This document shows positions 37,821 through 51,650 of a DNA stretch of 64,000 bases, piece by piece. The notes beneath the pieces are model-generated. The model was not told the origin of the DNA, did not search any database, and saw nothing but the letters and a program-made list of their open reading frames with translations. This DNA comes from Macrostomum lignano (lineage: Eukaryota), in the NCBI GenBank assembly GCA_002269645.1, contig NIVC01001481.1, forward strand, positions 62,001-126,000. Direction: 5' to 3'. Both the position numbers and the translations under genes were made by a program. How positions within the stretch are numbered: the first letter of the stretch is position 1; each line of letters begins with the position of its first letter.

Positions 37821-38537
37821 TTCCACACAAGGAAATCAACTAGACTCCAGTCCAGTTTGTAGATCCCAGTTGTCCATGACAGCCGGACAGATGGCAACAG
37901 ATGCCAGCTGGCTGACAGTACGCGTATCATAATAGCTCCCATGGGTGGTCGAATTCGATAGTAAGATAGTGAAAGCTATCCCCGAGGCTCACGCAGGTTC
38001 AAGGAGGACCGACACCCGTCTAACCCCCGGTTTCGCCCCAGGATATTAAGGGAAACCCCACCCACCCACGCCATCCCGTCCACAACCACCGATTGCGTCA
38101 CCCATTTGCGCCCAGGCCCGGCCCAGCTGCTCATCCACAGTAGTCAGTGGCTTGCTTGGTTTCTCAAAGCCCTCCTGCAGAAAATTGGCGCGGGAGTCGG
38201 CCCGGGAAGACAGACCAGGTTGGGGGAGAAAAAACAGGTCACCAGTTGGTCAAGAGACCCACGCGCCAAACCTAATCCACTGATTGGCGGTAGATTGCGG
38301 ATGGCAGAATTGAGATCTCTGAGGATGAAAGCTTTTCTCTTTGCGAGCATAGGACAGACTGTCATCAAAATTATCCCAACCCTGCTCTGTCTGACTGTCT
38401 GTCCCCTGAAGGGGATTAATAGGATAGAATAGATTGGAGACGGCAGAGCACTGCAGCCATACGGCGCTGAAATCAAAGTCAAGCTGATATAATAAGATGC
38501 AGAATGAGAAATGGGCTGAGGACACATTTAAGAATAT

Positions 38538-38858
38538 ACTGAGGATAGACTGGGGATAGACTGAGGATAGACTGAGGATAGATTTGGGGATAGACTGGGG
38601 ATAGACTGAGGATAGACTGAGGATAGACTAGGGATAGACTGAGGATAGACTGAGATTGAGGATAGACTGAGGATATACTGAGGATATACTGAGGATAGAC
38701 TGAGGATAGACTGAGGATAGACTGAGGATAGATTGAGGATAGACTGAGGATAGACTGAGGATAGACTGAGACTGAGGATAGACTGAGGATATACTGAGGA
38801 TAGACTGAGGATAGACTGAGGATAGACTGAGGATAGACTGAGGATAGACTGAGGATAG
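38538..38858. repeat. 11-bp minisatellite (GAGGATAGACT)n, left part, interrupted by the LTR element
   Basis: Same unit resumes at 41050. Confidence 0.95.
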
Positions 38859-39177
38859 TGTCGCGACTTTGCTAGTCATTTCTTTAGTTCACCTTCACTT
38901 GTCTCTGTTTACTCTGTTTTCTCTCTTCTCTGTCCAGCTCAATCTTGTTATTCTTATCTCTCTCTCTCCCTTGCTGCGTTCTGATTGGCTCTCCGTTCTC
39001 GCCTCTTTCCTCAGTCGCGCACTCCACCCCTCTCTTTATTATCTGCAATTCAAACCCCCTAAGTTAATGTCTGGTATAAATATACTTGTTTGGGCCCTGC
39101 GCCCACTTACTGGCTTATCTTCGGTTCAATTTAACTCCAAGTAACTCTCTAGTCTTTAGTTTAGTATTTTTTCTACA
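38859..39177 (+). repeat. 5' LTR (319 bp)
   Basis: Starts TGTCGCGAC, ends TTCTACA; contains CTGATTGG (reverse CCAAT) and TATAAATA. Confidence 0.93.
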
Positions 39178-40730
39178 TGGCGCCCAATGAAAAATAATTA
39201 AGTCAATTCAGTAAGGCTGGCAAAGGCCATGCCATCGTCATAGTCGTAACCCTCCACCAGTCATCTCGTCATCCCGTCTGTCGGCCTCATCGCTTCGTTT
39301 GTCGGCCTCATCGCTTCGTCTGTCGGCCTCATCGCTTCGTCTGTCGGCCTCATCGCTTCGTCTGCCGGGGGTGCGTCCTGCGGTGTCCTCGGTCTCTCTC
39401 GGTCTCAAATTCTCGGCCGGGGCACCTCAGGGCTCGCCTGCCGGATCGTCTCTTCGCTCGTCGTCTGCCGGGGGTGCGTCCTGCGGTGTCCTCGGTCTCT
39501 CTCGGTTTCCAATTCTCTGCCGGGGCGCCTCGGGGCTCGCCTGCCGGATCGTCTCTTCGCTCGCCTTCCGGATCGTCTCTTCGCTCGTCGTCTGCCGGGG
39601 GTGCGTCCTGCGGTGTCCTCGGTCTCTCTCGGTTCAAATTCTCGGCCGGGGCGCCTCGGGGCTCGCCTGCCGGATCGTCTCTTCGCTCATCGCCTGCCGG
39701 ATCGTCTCTTCGCTCATCGCCTGCCGGATCGTCTCTTCGCTCATCGCCTGCCGGATCGTCTCTTCGCTCATCGCCTGCCGGATCGTCTCTTCGCTCATCG
39801 CCTGCCGGATCGTCTCTTCGCTCATCGCCTGCCGGATCGTCTCTTCGCTCATCGCCTGCCGGATCGTCTCTTCGCTCATCGCCTGCCGGATCGTCTCTTC
39901 GCTCGTCGTCTGCCGGGGGTGCGTCCTGCGGTGTCCTCGGTCTCTCTCGGTTTCCAATTCTCTGCCGGGGCGCCGCGGGCTCGCCTGCCGGATCGTCTCT
40001 TCGCTCATCGCCTGCCGGATCGTCTCTTCGCTCGTCGTCTGCCGGGGGTGCGTCCTGCGGTGTCCTCGGTCTCTCTCGGTTTCCAATTCTCTGCCGGGGC
40101 GCCGCGGGGCTCGCCTGCCGGATCGTCTCTTCGCTCATCGCCTGCCGGATCGTCTCTTCGCTCGTCGTCTGCCGGGGGTGCGTCCTGCGGTGTCCTCGGT
40201 CTCTCTCGGTTTCCAATTCTCTGCCGGGGCGCCGCGGGGCTCGCCTGCCGGATCGTCTCTTCGCTCATCGTCTGCCGGGGGTGCGTCCTGCGGTGTCCTC
40301 GGTCTCTCTCGGTTCAAATTCTCGGCCGGGGCGCCTCGGGGCTCGCCTGCCGGATCGTCTCTTCGCTCATCGCCTGCCAGATCGCCTCGTTAATTCGTCA
40401 TTCAATTTTTTCTTTCACCATGTAGTCACAATGTAAAAAATTAAATTAATTTTTAGGGGGGAAGGCGGATATATTCAGTCTTTTCAGTCTTCTCATTGGT
40501 TCAAAAACTACTCAATAAAAATCTAAGTTTAAAATTCGGTCTAAATATTTTGCATTCGCTCTACTGTTTTTGTATTCAAATTCTTAGTCATTATGTATTT
40601 TTCAAATCGTTTTATACACCATTTATTGTGAATGTGTTTTTCAATTTAATTCGACCTAATTCTAACTCATTAATTTCAATTGGTAATGGTACTCGAAAAT
40701 TCAAAAAATGTTCCATTTTTTTGGGGGGAG

Positions 40731-41049
40731 TGTCGCGACTTTGCTAGTCATTTCTTTAGTTCACCTTCACTTGTCTCTGTTTACTCTGTTTTCTCTCTTC
40801 TCTGTCCAGCTCAATCTTGTTATTCTTATCTCTCTCTCTCCCTTGCTGCGTTCTGATTGGCTCTCCGTTCTCGCCTCTTTCCTCAGTCGCGCACTCCACC
40901 CCTCTCTTTATTATCTGCAATTCAAACCCCCTAAGTTAATGTCTGGTATAAATATACTTGTTTGGGCCCTGCGCCCACTTACTGGCTTATCTTCGGTTCA
41001 ATTTAACTCCAAGTAACTCTCTAGTCTTTAGTTTAGTATTTTTTCTACA
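40731..41049 (+). repeat. 3' LTR (319 bp)
   Basis: No differences from the 5' LTR seen by eye; both give the same 90-aa conceptual translation in the ORF track. Confidence 0.93.
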
Positions 41050-41320
41050 GATAGACTGAGGATAGACTGAGGATAGACTGAGGATAGACTGAGGATAGAC
41101 TGAGGATAGACTGAGGATAGACTGAGGATAGACTGAGGATAGACTGAGGATAAACTGAAGATAGACTGAGGATAGACTGGGGATAGATATGGGGTTAGAA
41201 TGAGGATAGACTGAGGATAAACTGAAGATAGACTGAGGATAGACTGGGGATAGATATGGGGTTAGAATGAGGATAGACTGGGGATAGACTGAGGATAGAC
41301 GGAGGATAGACGGAGGATAA
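41050..41320. repeat. 11-bp minisatellite (GAGGATAGACT)n, right part
   Basis: Continuation of the array to the left of the LTR element, degenerating toward 41320. Confidence 0.93.
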
Positions 41321-42239
41321 AATATCATTCTAAGGATATAGAATGGGAATTGAATATGATAGACATACTTGAGATATTTTGGAAATATCAAGCTCACGCA
41401 TGGGACTTTTCACTGACCTTTCTTGATCGAGTATGGCATCATAAAACCGATTATCATGTTGAAATTTTCCTAGAACAGAAAAGCCACCCCACCCTATATT
41501 CGCTATAAGATTATCTACGAGCTATCTAAATTTCTCAAAAGTTTGTCACCTACCTTTCGCATTAGAATTTCTGAGCTCACAGGCTGATAAAGGCCAATTA
41601 TCGAATTAAGCTCTTATGTTCATCAAGGTTGAAAAACTGAGCTCCCAAATTTAATTTTTCAACTGTCGAAAAAAGTTTCCAGTCGAATTGTCGGCCAAGT
41701 GCCAACAGAAGAAAATTGTTGTGTTTTTTTCTTCTTGCCCAACTCTGCTTCTGTCTTGTCTTCGCCTTGTTTAGAAATCGTCTAAAAGGTGTTTGAAATT
41801 GAGAACGCTCTGCTCACACTTGTCAGCTCAGGGGGGGGGGGGGCTTAAGCGACAATGAGGCCACTCCACTGCGCCAATTATCTTCTTGTCAAAATGGCCC
41901 CAGGGCTTGGGAGTTAAGAACTTGAGAGAGATTTATTCGCGTCATTTGAGAGCCTTGCGCCATTTCAGAATCTTAATTGGAACAATGCCGTTTGAGCCCT
42001 GGATCGAGAGGTAAAAAAGATGCGAAATTCTTGCAAAAAACACATTTACTTCCTCTAGAACAGGATATGCAAATTCAAAGAAGTCTAAAAATAGCCGCGC
42101 AATTGTGTCTGGATTTTTTATTGTGACAAATCCAACTTCTTTTTTTTTCAAAATGTCGTTCTCACTCGAAAATGAATTTGCTAAAGTATTTTTAAAGTCA
42201 TTGGCTTTCTAACCTGGCATTCGTGATCCAAACCAGCTC

Positions 42240-42548
42240 TCATCCGCCCCTTCGACCGCCCCTTAATCCGCCCCTTGATCCGCCCCTTAATCCGCCCCTT
42301 CATCCGCCCATTCATCCGCTCCTTGCTCCGCCCCATTATGATCACACCCTACCCTCATCGGCTCCTTGATCCGCCCTATTATGATCACACCCTACCCTCA
42401 TCCGCTCCTTGATCCGCCCCATTATGATCACACCCTACCTTCATCCGCTCCTTGATCCGCCCCATTATGATCACACCCTACCCTCATCGGCTCCTTGATC
42501 CGCCCTATTATGATCACACCCTACCCTCATCCGCTCCTTGATCCGCCC
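42240..42548. repeat. CCGCCC-rich short repeats followed by a 43-bp tandem unit (~5 copies)
   Basis: Unit ATTATGATCACACCCTACCCTCATCCGCTCCTTGATCCGCCCC, recurring at 42335, 42378, 42421. Confidence 0.9.
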
Positions 42549-43189
42549 TTTTTTCAAGAAAATTAACCAAGCAAGGACTTAACACCCTTCTCATCCACCT
42601 ATCCTAGGTGGTCCTATCTAATCCTATCTAATGCTCCATCATTCGCCAGCTTCCTGAACGCGTGTCAGGCTTCTATCATGCTCAATCATTCATTCTATCG
42701 TTGAGTTCGCTTTTTTCTGGATAAAGAGATATCGCACGTGAGGAGGTGTGAGCCGAGAGACAAAACAATAGCTTATAAGCTGCCAGCACAAAGGATCTAC
42801 CAGTACTTGTCGCTGTTTGCTCGCACTGGTCAAACATTCGGCACGCCACTGGTCATCGTGTGCGTGTTTGGCTGTCCCCGCGCGCCCAATATTGCCGAAG
42901 TGCCTGCAGGTGGCTCTCGAGTGACACCAATATGGTTTAAATGAATCAGCTATAGACAGTGGAGCCCTGCAGGTTTGGGTGCCAGTTTGGTAAACAGAGG
43001 CGCAAGGCCTCGTCGCTGAGTCCGAGGCCCGGCAATATGCGGTCGGCTAAGAGCTTTCGATGACTCTTTACTCCCGGCTACTCAAATAATTAGGGGATAG
43101 AGAACGAAACGGAAAGCTACGAGTAGATAACCAGTTAGCTTGATGAAACTACAGGGCCGGCTGCTTGAAAGAAGCGAGAGGCGAACAAA

Positions 43190-43655
43190 GAGAGAAAGAG
43201 ATGGGAGAGAGGGAGCGGGAGAGGTAGAGAGAGAGAGAGAGACAGAGAGAGACACAGGGAGAGAGGTGAGAGAGGGAGAGAGAGAGGGAGAGAGGTGAGA
43301 GAGGGAGAGAATGAGAGAGGGAGAGAAGTAGAGAGGGAGAGAGTCAGAGAGGTAGAGAAGTAGAGAGGGAGAGAGGCAGAGAAGGAGAGAAGTAGAGGGC
43401 GAGAGAGGCAGAGAGGGAGAGAAGTATAGAGGGAGAGAAGTAGAGAGGGAGAGAATGAGAGAGGTAGAGAGAAAGAGAGGGAGAGAGGGAGAGAGGGAGA
43501 GAATCAGAGAAGTAGAGAGGGAGAGAAGTAGAGAAGTAAAGAGGGAGAGAAGTAGAGAAGTAGAGAGGGAGAGAGGGAGAGAGGGAGAGAATCGGAGAAG
43601 TAAAGAGGGAGAGAAGTAGAGAAGTAGAGAGGGAGAGAGGCAGAGAGGGAGAGGT
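43190..43655. repeat. GA-rich low-complexity tract
   Basis: GAGAGAAGTAGAGAGG-type motifs. Confidence 0.9.
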
Positions 43656-44495
43656 TCAGATTTGGAGAGAAGTTTGACGTTAATCCGCTCTTGCCCTGAA
43701 AAAACCGCTTCCGCACAGGAAATTGGAAATTGGAATGAAAGGCTTTTGAGAACTGGGGGATTTTCGTGGTTTTGGGATTCAAGATTGAGGAACTGCTGCT
43801 TCCTGAATGCGCAGCGGTGGAAAGCCATTCCATTGTTTGCTGAGTGCCAGGAAGACACGAAGCATTTGGCTGCTGAGACCGCTGCTGCACTTCCTTCTGC
43901 AAACTCTGAGGCTGAATTCAATTGATTGGGATTTGTGATTCGCGGCTGGGAAATCATCGGTTGAGTTGGATGAGTCTCTCTGTCTCTCTCCTGTCTCCCT
44001 TCATCTATTGGACAGACGCTGCGGAACAAAGAGCCGACGATTTCATTCTGGCCTCCTTCCTGCTGTCCCGCTGGCGCTCTCTCGGTCCCTGCCGCACTTC
44101 CTGGACCAGACACGTGCAGAAACTCAACAACAGGGGTCGGCGGGTGAGGGCAGGGTGCGCCAGCTCTGGCTGACTCTGTCTCCCGGAAGTGGCTGAGGAC
44201 CTGGGAGTGGGGTTAGCTGAAATTCACAACTGGAAGCCAGAGGAAAATTGGGACTAGAGGGAAGCAGGATAACGCCGAGCTCAGCTTCCTGCTCATGCAG
44301 TTTTTGAGACTATTCTCATAATTATATTTCTTTCTAAGGTTCCCTTCGTTGTGAGCTAATCGACTGAAATAGCGGAATTGAAGGCAGGATTAGTGAGTCG
44401 CGAATTTATTATTAGTCAACCATGACTGACGTCAGTGGAAATCTGTTAAAGTTTATTTTCAATGTAAATTTTTTTGGACCCAGATAGATTTAATC

Positions 44496-44960
44496 CCAGA
44501 ATATCGATGAGTTCCTAAACTGAATTATCCCAGAATATCGACGAGTTCATAAACTGAATTATCCCAGAATATCGACGAGTTCCTAAACTGAATTATCCCA
44601 GAATATCGACGAGTTCCTAAACTGAATTATCTCAGAATATCGACGAGTTCCTAAACTGAATTATCTCAGAATATCGACGAGTTCCTAAACTGAATTATCT
44701 CAGAATATCGACGAGTTCCTAAACTGAATTATCTCAGAATATCGACGAGTTCCTAAACTGAATTATCTCAGAATATCGACGAGTTCCTAAACTGAATTAT
44801 CTCAGAATATCGACGAGTTCCTAAACTAAATTATCCCAGAATATCGACGAGTTCCTAAACTGAATTATCCCACAATATCAACGAGTTTCTAAACTGAATT
44901 ATCCCAGAATATCGACGAGTTCCTAAACTGAATTATCCCAGAATATATATAACTGAATTA
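44496..44960. repeat. 34-bp tandem minisatellite (~13 copies)
   Basis: Unit CAGAATATCGACGAGTTCCTAAACTGAATTATC(C/T). Confidence 0.95.
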
Positions 44961-45647
44961 TCCTACAGATTCCAAAAAATGAAGGAATTATAAAATTCAT
45001 TGCTATTGTGTCACAACATCAGGTCTCAAATCCGAATGAATCGGCCCATTAATTTCTCCAATTTACAATCAAACTCCCCGCCGACTCAACCAGACCGATC
45101 TTTGTGTTAAAAAGCATTTTACGCAAACGAACAAAGAGTTTCTATGGCTGCCCAGCTGAGTGTATTGCTGGGACATGTGGGCCACCCGCTCCCTGCAGGT
45201 ACGCAAACATATATTTTAGGATTTCTCATTCCCGGAACAGGGGAAGTCGTCCATCCGCCCGCACGATCAACACAGCATCTGGCCGACTTTTCCCCCCGTC
45301 AACAATAGGCAGATAACTTATGGCCTTGCTCAGCTGCTGATGAGGGAGGAAAACCGGAATGGGGATTCTGCGTAGATGCGGGCGGGACGCAGATCGGGGA
45401 GAGGGAAGGCATCTGGGGGCAACTAAGAAGTGGGAACATTGTGTTCTTCGGGGACTGCCCGCGTTTCTGAATTTCTGAGTCACCCCGCTCTCAGCCCCCA
45501 TGCAAACTGCCGCCACCATGTGATGCTGAGGTCGCGTTTATGACGACCGCTGCCTCCTCCTGTGCCCTGCAGGACTCTCGCGGCATGAGAGCTCTGCGAT
45601 CGGTCCGTTCTCTAACGATACTGGGGTTTATTGTGTGCGATCTTCTG

Positions 45648-46320
<673 letters not shown>

Positions 46321-46683
46321 TTAGCGTCTGTGTGTTTGCGGTTAGCTAGAAAGGTTATGACGCTATAATTAAATTTTCTACTGTTTCCTTTCTCGCATTC
46401 TGTCATAGGAAAACATCAGACTCGTATTCCGCCATCCCGCTCACTTTGCCACGTGTCTCTTCGGTACCCGCAGCCATCTGCGACCGACTGGCTGCCCCGA
46501 CCCGGTCGCTCGCAGGTCGCGCAAAACCAACTGCGACATTCTTTTGGGTCGCGCGCCCACGAAACCACTGCCGAATTCTTTGTGAATAGCAGCGCCGCCT
46601 GCCGCATTTTTGTTCAGACGGCCAAAACTGTGACAGAGTTCCGCTTACCCTGCAGGGGCTGGAGAAACTGATCACTCAATTGT

Positions 46684-46896
<213 letters not shown>

Positions 46897-47399
46897 ACCC
46901 TGCACCCACAGACAAGGTACAAAGGCAATTTCGCATTTCCCTCCCAGAGCCAGCTGGCCCCTAAAGAGAAGCTGGCCTCAGTGAAGGAGATGCCAGCTGC
47001 TTTCTTTCTGCAGAGTTGAGAGCGGGAGCAAGTGGGGTGAGGGGAGCCTCGGTGCACCGCCCTGAGTCCGGCCTCTTCCTCAGCTTTCTTCGGCGCGCTC
47101 CGTCGAAGCCGCCGGCCGCGCCCGGGTGAGAACTTGCAGATGCAAGATGCAGAAATCATTTCTCCCACGCGCAGACTCCCGGCGGCGCCGTTCCCGCACA
47201 GCATCATCATCTAAAATCCCGGCCCAACAGTTCCTAGGGAGGCTCCCCATCAATTCGGGCAGCAGTCACCCAGCGGCTGCGTTCCCACCCCACTGCCTCA
47301 TCTGGAGCAGTTTGCTTTAGTCTCAGCCCCCTTCACCCTTCTCTTTTCTCCATTCGCCTCCGAATAGACTCTCGGCAGAGTAACAGGAGGATAAATAGT

Positions 47400-48400
47400 G
47401 AGAGGAAGCAAAAATAGATAGGGAGAGTAGAAAATTGAGAGTAGAGATGGAGAGAGAGAGTATAGATAAGAAGAGAGTAGAGATGAGGAGAGAGTAGAGA
47501 TAAGGAGAGAGTAGAGATAAGGAGAGAGTAGAGATGAGGAGAGAGAGTAGAGATAAGAAGACAGAAGAGATAAGGAGAGAGTAGAGATAAGGAGAGAGTA
47601 GAGATAAGAAAACAGAAGAGATAAGGAGAGTAGGGATAAGAAGAGAGTAGAGATAAGGAGAGTAGGGATAAGAAGAGAGTAGAGATAAGGAGAGAATAGA
47701 GATTAGGAGAGAGTAGAGATGAGGAGAGAGAGTAGAGATAAGAAGACAGAAGAGATAAGGAGAGAGTAGAGATGAGGAGAGAGAGTAGAGATAAGAAGAC
47801 AGAAGAGATAAGGAGATAGTAGAGATAAGGAGAGAGTAGAGATAAGAAAACAGAAGAGATAAGGAGAGAGTAGATATAAGAGAGTAGAGATAAGGAGAGT
47901 AGAGATAAGAAGAGAGTAGAGATAAGGAGAGTAGGGATAAGAAGAGAGTAGAGATAAGGAGAGTAGGGATAAGAAGAGAGTAGAGATAAGGAGAGAATAG
48001 AGATTAGGAGAGAGTAGAGATGAGGAGAGAGAGTAGAGATAAGAAAGACAGAAGAGATAAGGAGAGAGTAGAGATGAGGAGAGAGAGTAGAGATAAGAAG
48101 ACAGAAGAGATAAGGAGAGAGTAGAGATAAGGAGAGAGTAGATATAAGAGAGTAGAGATAAGGAGAGTAGAGATAAGAAGAGAGTAGAGATAAGGAGAGT
48201 AGAGATAAGAAGAGAGTAGAGATAAGGAGAGTAGAGATAAGAAGAGAGTAGAGATAAGGAGAGTAGGGATAAGAAGAGAGTAGAGATAAGGAGAGAATAG
48301 AGATTAGGAGGGAGTAGAGATAAGAAGAGAGTGGAGATAATGAGAGAGAATAGATAAGGAGAGAGAGTAAAGAAAAGGAGAGAAAGAGAGTACTGTAGAG
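47400..48400. repeat. Purine-rich degenerate minisatellite (GAGAGTAGAGATAAG-type units)
   Basis: Read directly; strong strand asymmetry. Confidence 0.92.
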
Positions 48401-49249
48401 TTTATGTTCGAGATAAAAATGGAGAAAATGATATAGCATACAATGTATATGTGTAAAACAAAACTAGTGATGAAATCAGAACAGACATAAAAAACAGAAA
48501 AGGAAGATTCTTTGCTGAGGTAGAAGAATGTGTAAGATGAGAGACTGAAACTTTCATTGCCTCCCTCTCTGTCGGCTTGCAATAGAAAAATGCAGCATAC
48601 GCGTTTGGGGATTTGGGCAGCGGAGGGCGGTTGAGGACGTAGGGGGGGGGGGGTGGAGGCCGTTTACACAGGCCAGGCGGGCCCAAGCAGCTGGCGCGAT
48701 GAGAAGTCACCAGTTGGCATGGCGGGTGCTGCTGGGGGGGGGCAGCGCCATCTGGGAGAACTATAAGCAGAGCGAGAGGGGGGGGACGGATCCCACCTGC
48801 CGCAGGCCCGGAGTCCTCGGAGCCGTTCCCACCCTCTCTCTCTTCCTTCGCCCGTTTCGCATCGCAGCCACAGCTGGACAGATGATTTTGAGAGACTTTG
48901 CCCAAGCAGACCGGCAGAGTTTGGGGAAGGTGGGAGGAGCGCTGGGAATGGAGCAGGTAATACAGGTGATGGTGAGAGAGGGGGGCATTGGGTGGACCCC
49001 ATCTGCCGGCAAACCTTATCCATCTGCTTTCATTCTGCTTCCAAAACTCTACAGGTGGGCTAGTTTGGTTGCTTGGGGTCTCTCTCTCACTCACTCAGGC
49101 GGGAGCAGCTGCGCCACTTTCTGCTCCGCGATCCTCGCTTTCTCACGCTTTTTTCTTGCCTGACACTCGCGCAGCCCGGGTCACTCGCTCTCGCTTTCCA
49201 TTTTCTGGCAGCGACCGGCTCCTCTGCTGCTGTCAGACTGCTGATGTGC

Positions 49250-50155
<906 letters not shown>

Positions 50156-50934
50156 CAAAGGAATCCTGAACTGCTTTCACAGTAAAAAAAAGAGTTTAGA
50201 AGACAGTGATGTCAATTTTAATGATGGGCATACAACCAGACCAAGTTATGCAGAGTAACTAAGATAATTTATAATTCAAAATCTAAACAAGAAACATTTT
50301 TATGCTTGACATTCTCGCAATGATCGCTGGCTGAAGCAACAAAAATGCGGGTGATGCAAAGCCTGCCAGACCAGAAGCAACCAAAATGAACGCGAGACCA
50401 ATGTAGATGTGAATGAAATAAAGCGCAATTTAAACAGCATCGGAGCGTGAACTCAGCGCGAGACTCAAATCATCTGATGGGTAAGGGCTACGCGATAAGG
50501 AGCTAGGTGGGGTTACACGCAGAAAACTTTAGTATTAAAATTTGCTGACAAGACAGAGACGAGGGGGACGCAGGGAGAAGCGGGCAGGTGTAAGAGCAGT
50601 CCAGTTAATATCACAGACTTTGGCTTGAACAGAGCCAACATTGACAGATAAATAAGCGTTATTATTCACATCATTCGAGCTAGCTTTGTACAGTAAATCA
50701 AAACAGCAAAGTCAAGCTGCAGGGAGAGAGACAGAGAGAATTGAAGTGCAGACCGTCCTATCGCTGTCTACCAGGGCCTGTTCAGTGCTGACTCGGCTCC
50801 CAGAATTTTTGCCTGCGGGTGGAGTTTAGTGACGGTTTAACTCGATTTGGTAACAAATGAATAGGGTTTAGTGTTTAGGGTTTAGGGTTTAGGGTTTAGT
50901 GGTAAGGATTAAGGTGGTTTAATACTAAATTTAT

Positions 50935-51501
50935 TCAAAAACAGGTAAAACTACTCACTGCTGAGAGTTGCTGCGCAAAGCTCTGCTGCTGCTGTTGCTG
51001 TTGCTGTTGCTGCAGGTCTTCCATGTCGAAGCAGTCGTCGTCCTCTTCTTCATCCGTGGCGTTGAGGTCGGCGAAGGGCCGCCTGGCGCGAAGGCTCCGC
51101 TCCAGAGCCGCCTTGCTCTCCCGGATGGCCACCCGGTACAGATCTTCGCTCAGGTGCTCCGTCAGCTGCTCCTCCAGGTCGACGATGTAGTCGATGGCTG
51201 CCTGCAGGATCTTCAGCTGGCCCCTGTGCGAGTCGCTGCTGACGCCGGCCTTCTGCAGCCACGGGATCGCCTGGTGGAGCATCTCGAAGTTCTCAACAAC
51301 CTCCTCGCCAGAGAACTCCTCAGTCTGTAGTGGACAGCCGCTGCCGCCGCCGCTGCCGCCACAGCAGAAGTCCAGATTTTCAACGCCGTCAACTTCGATG
51401 TCTTCGTCGGTGGCGTCGCCAACTGCTGATGCAGCCTTCTCGATGGTCGGCTCAAGCATCAGCACCTCCTTGGCAATGTTGCAGATGGGGAAGTTCTCCA
51501 T
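50935..51501 (-). CDS. Id/extramacrochaetae-like HLH protein lacking a basic region, intronless, 188 aa
   Basis: ENFEMLHQAIP...QLKILQAAIDYIVDLEEQL aligns with Id HLH (YSRLKELVP...SKVEILQHVIDYILDLQ); the segment before helix 1 is acidic; RRPFADLN resembles the Id D-box RTPLTTLN. Confidence 0.8.
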   Translation of the reverse strand: MENFPICNIAKEVLMLEPTIEKAASAVGDATDEDIEVDGVENLDFCCGGSGGGSGCPLQTEEFSGEEVVENFEMLHQAIPWLQKAGVSSDSHRGQLKILQAAIDYIVDLEEQLTEHLSEDLYRVAIRESKAALERSLRARRPFADLNATDEEEDDDCFDMEDLQQQQQQQQQQSFAQQLSAVSSFTCF

Positions 51502-51579
51502 TTGGCGAATCGAATGCTAATTGAGTGTCTCTAGCAAAGCGACCGGGTGAGTGAGTGACTGTCCTGCCGGGAAGCCGCC

Positions 51580-51650
51580 TCTTCTATTTATGGAGACCAA
51601 GGCCCCCAAACTCTGCTCCTCCCTCATTGGAGGACTGCAGCAACCAATGG
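51580..51650 (-). promoter_or_regulatory. Candidate core promoter of the Id-like gene
   Basis: TATA-like CATAAATAG about 85-90 nt upstream of the ATG, plus CCAAT boxes at 51626-51630 and 51644-51648. Confidence 0.4.

Larger units (their letters stand above)
38859..41049 (+). mobile_element. Non-autonomous LTR retroelement, 2191 bp, without gag/pol
   Basis: 319-bp direct repeats 38859-39177 and 40731-41049 (TGT...ACA); PBS TGGCGCCCAA at 39178-39187; PPT GGGGGGAG at 40723-40730; GATAG on both flanks (38854-58, 41050-54); interior is a GC-rich tandem array. Confidence 0.93.

Noticed and set aside
50862-50902. Interstitial telomere or plant-type (TTTAGGG)n
   Set aside because: Only three to four imperfect units; such short tracts are common and uninformative. 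The CCTAAC in the 37.2-kb array is likewise one hexamer per unit.
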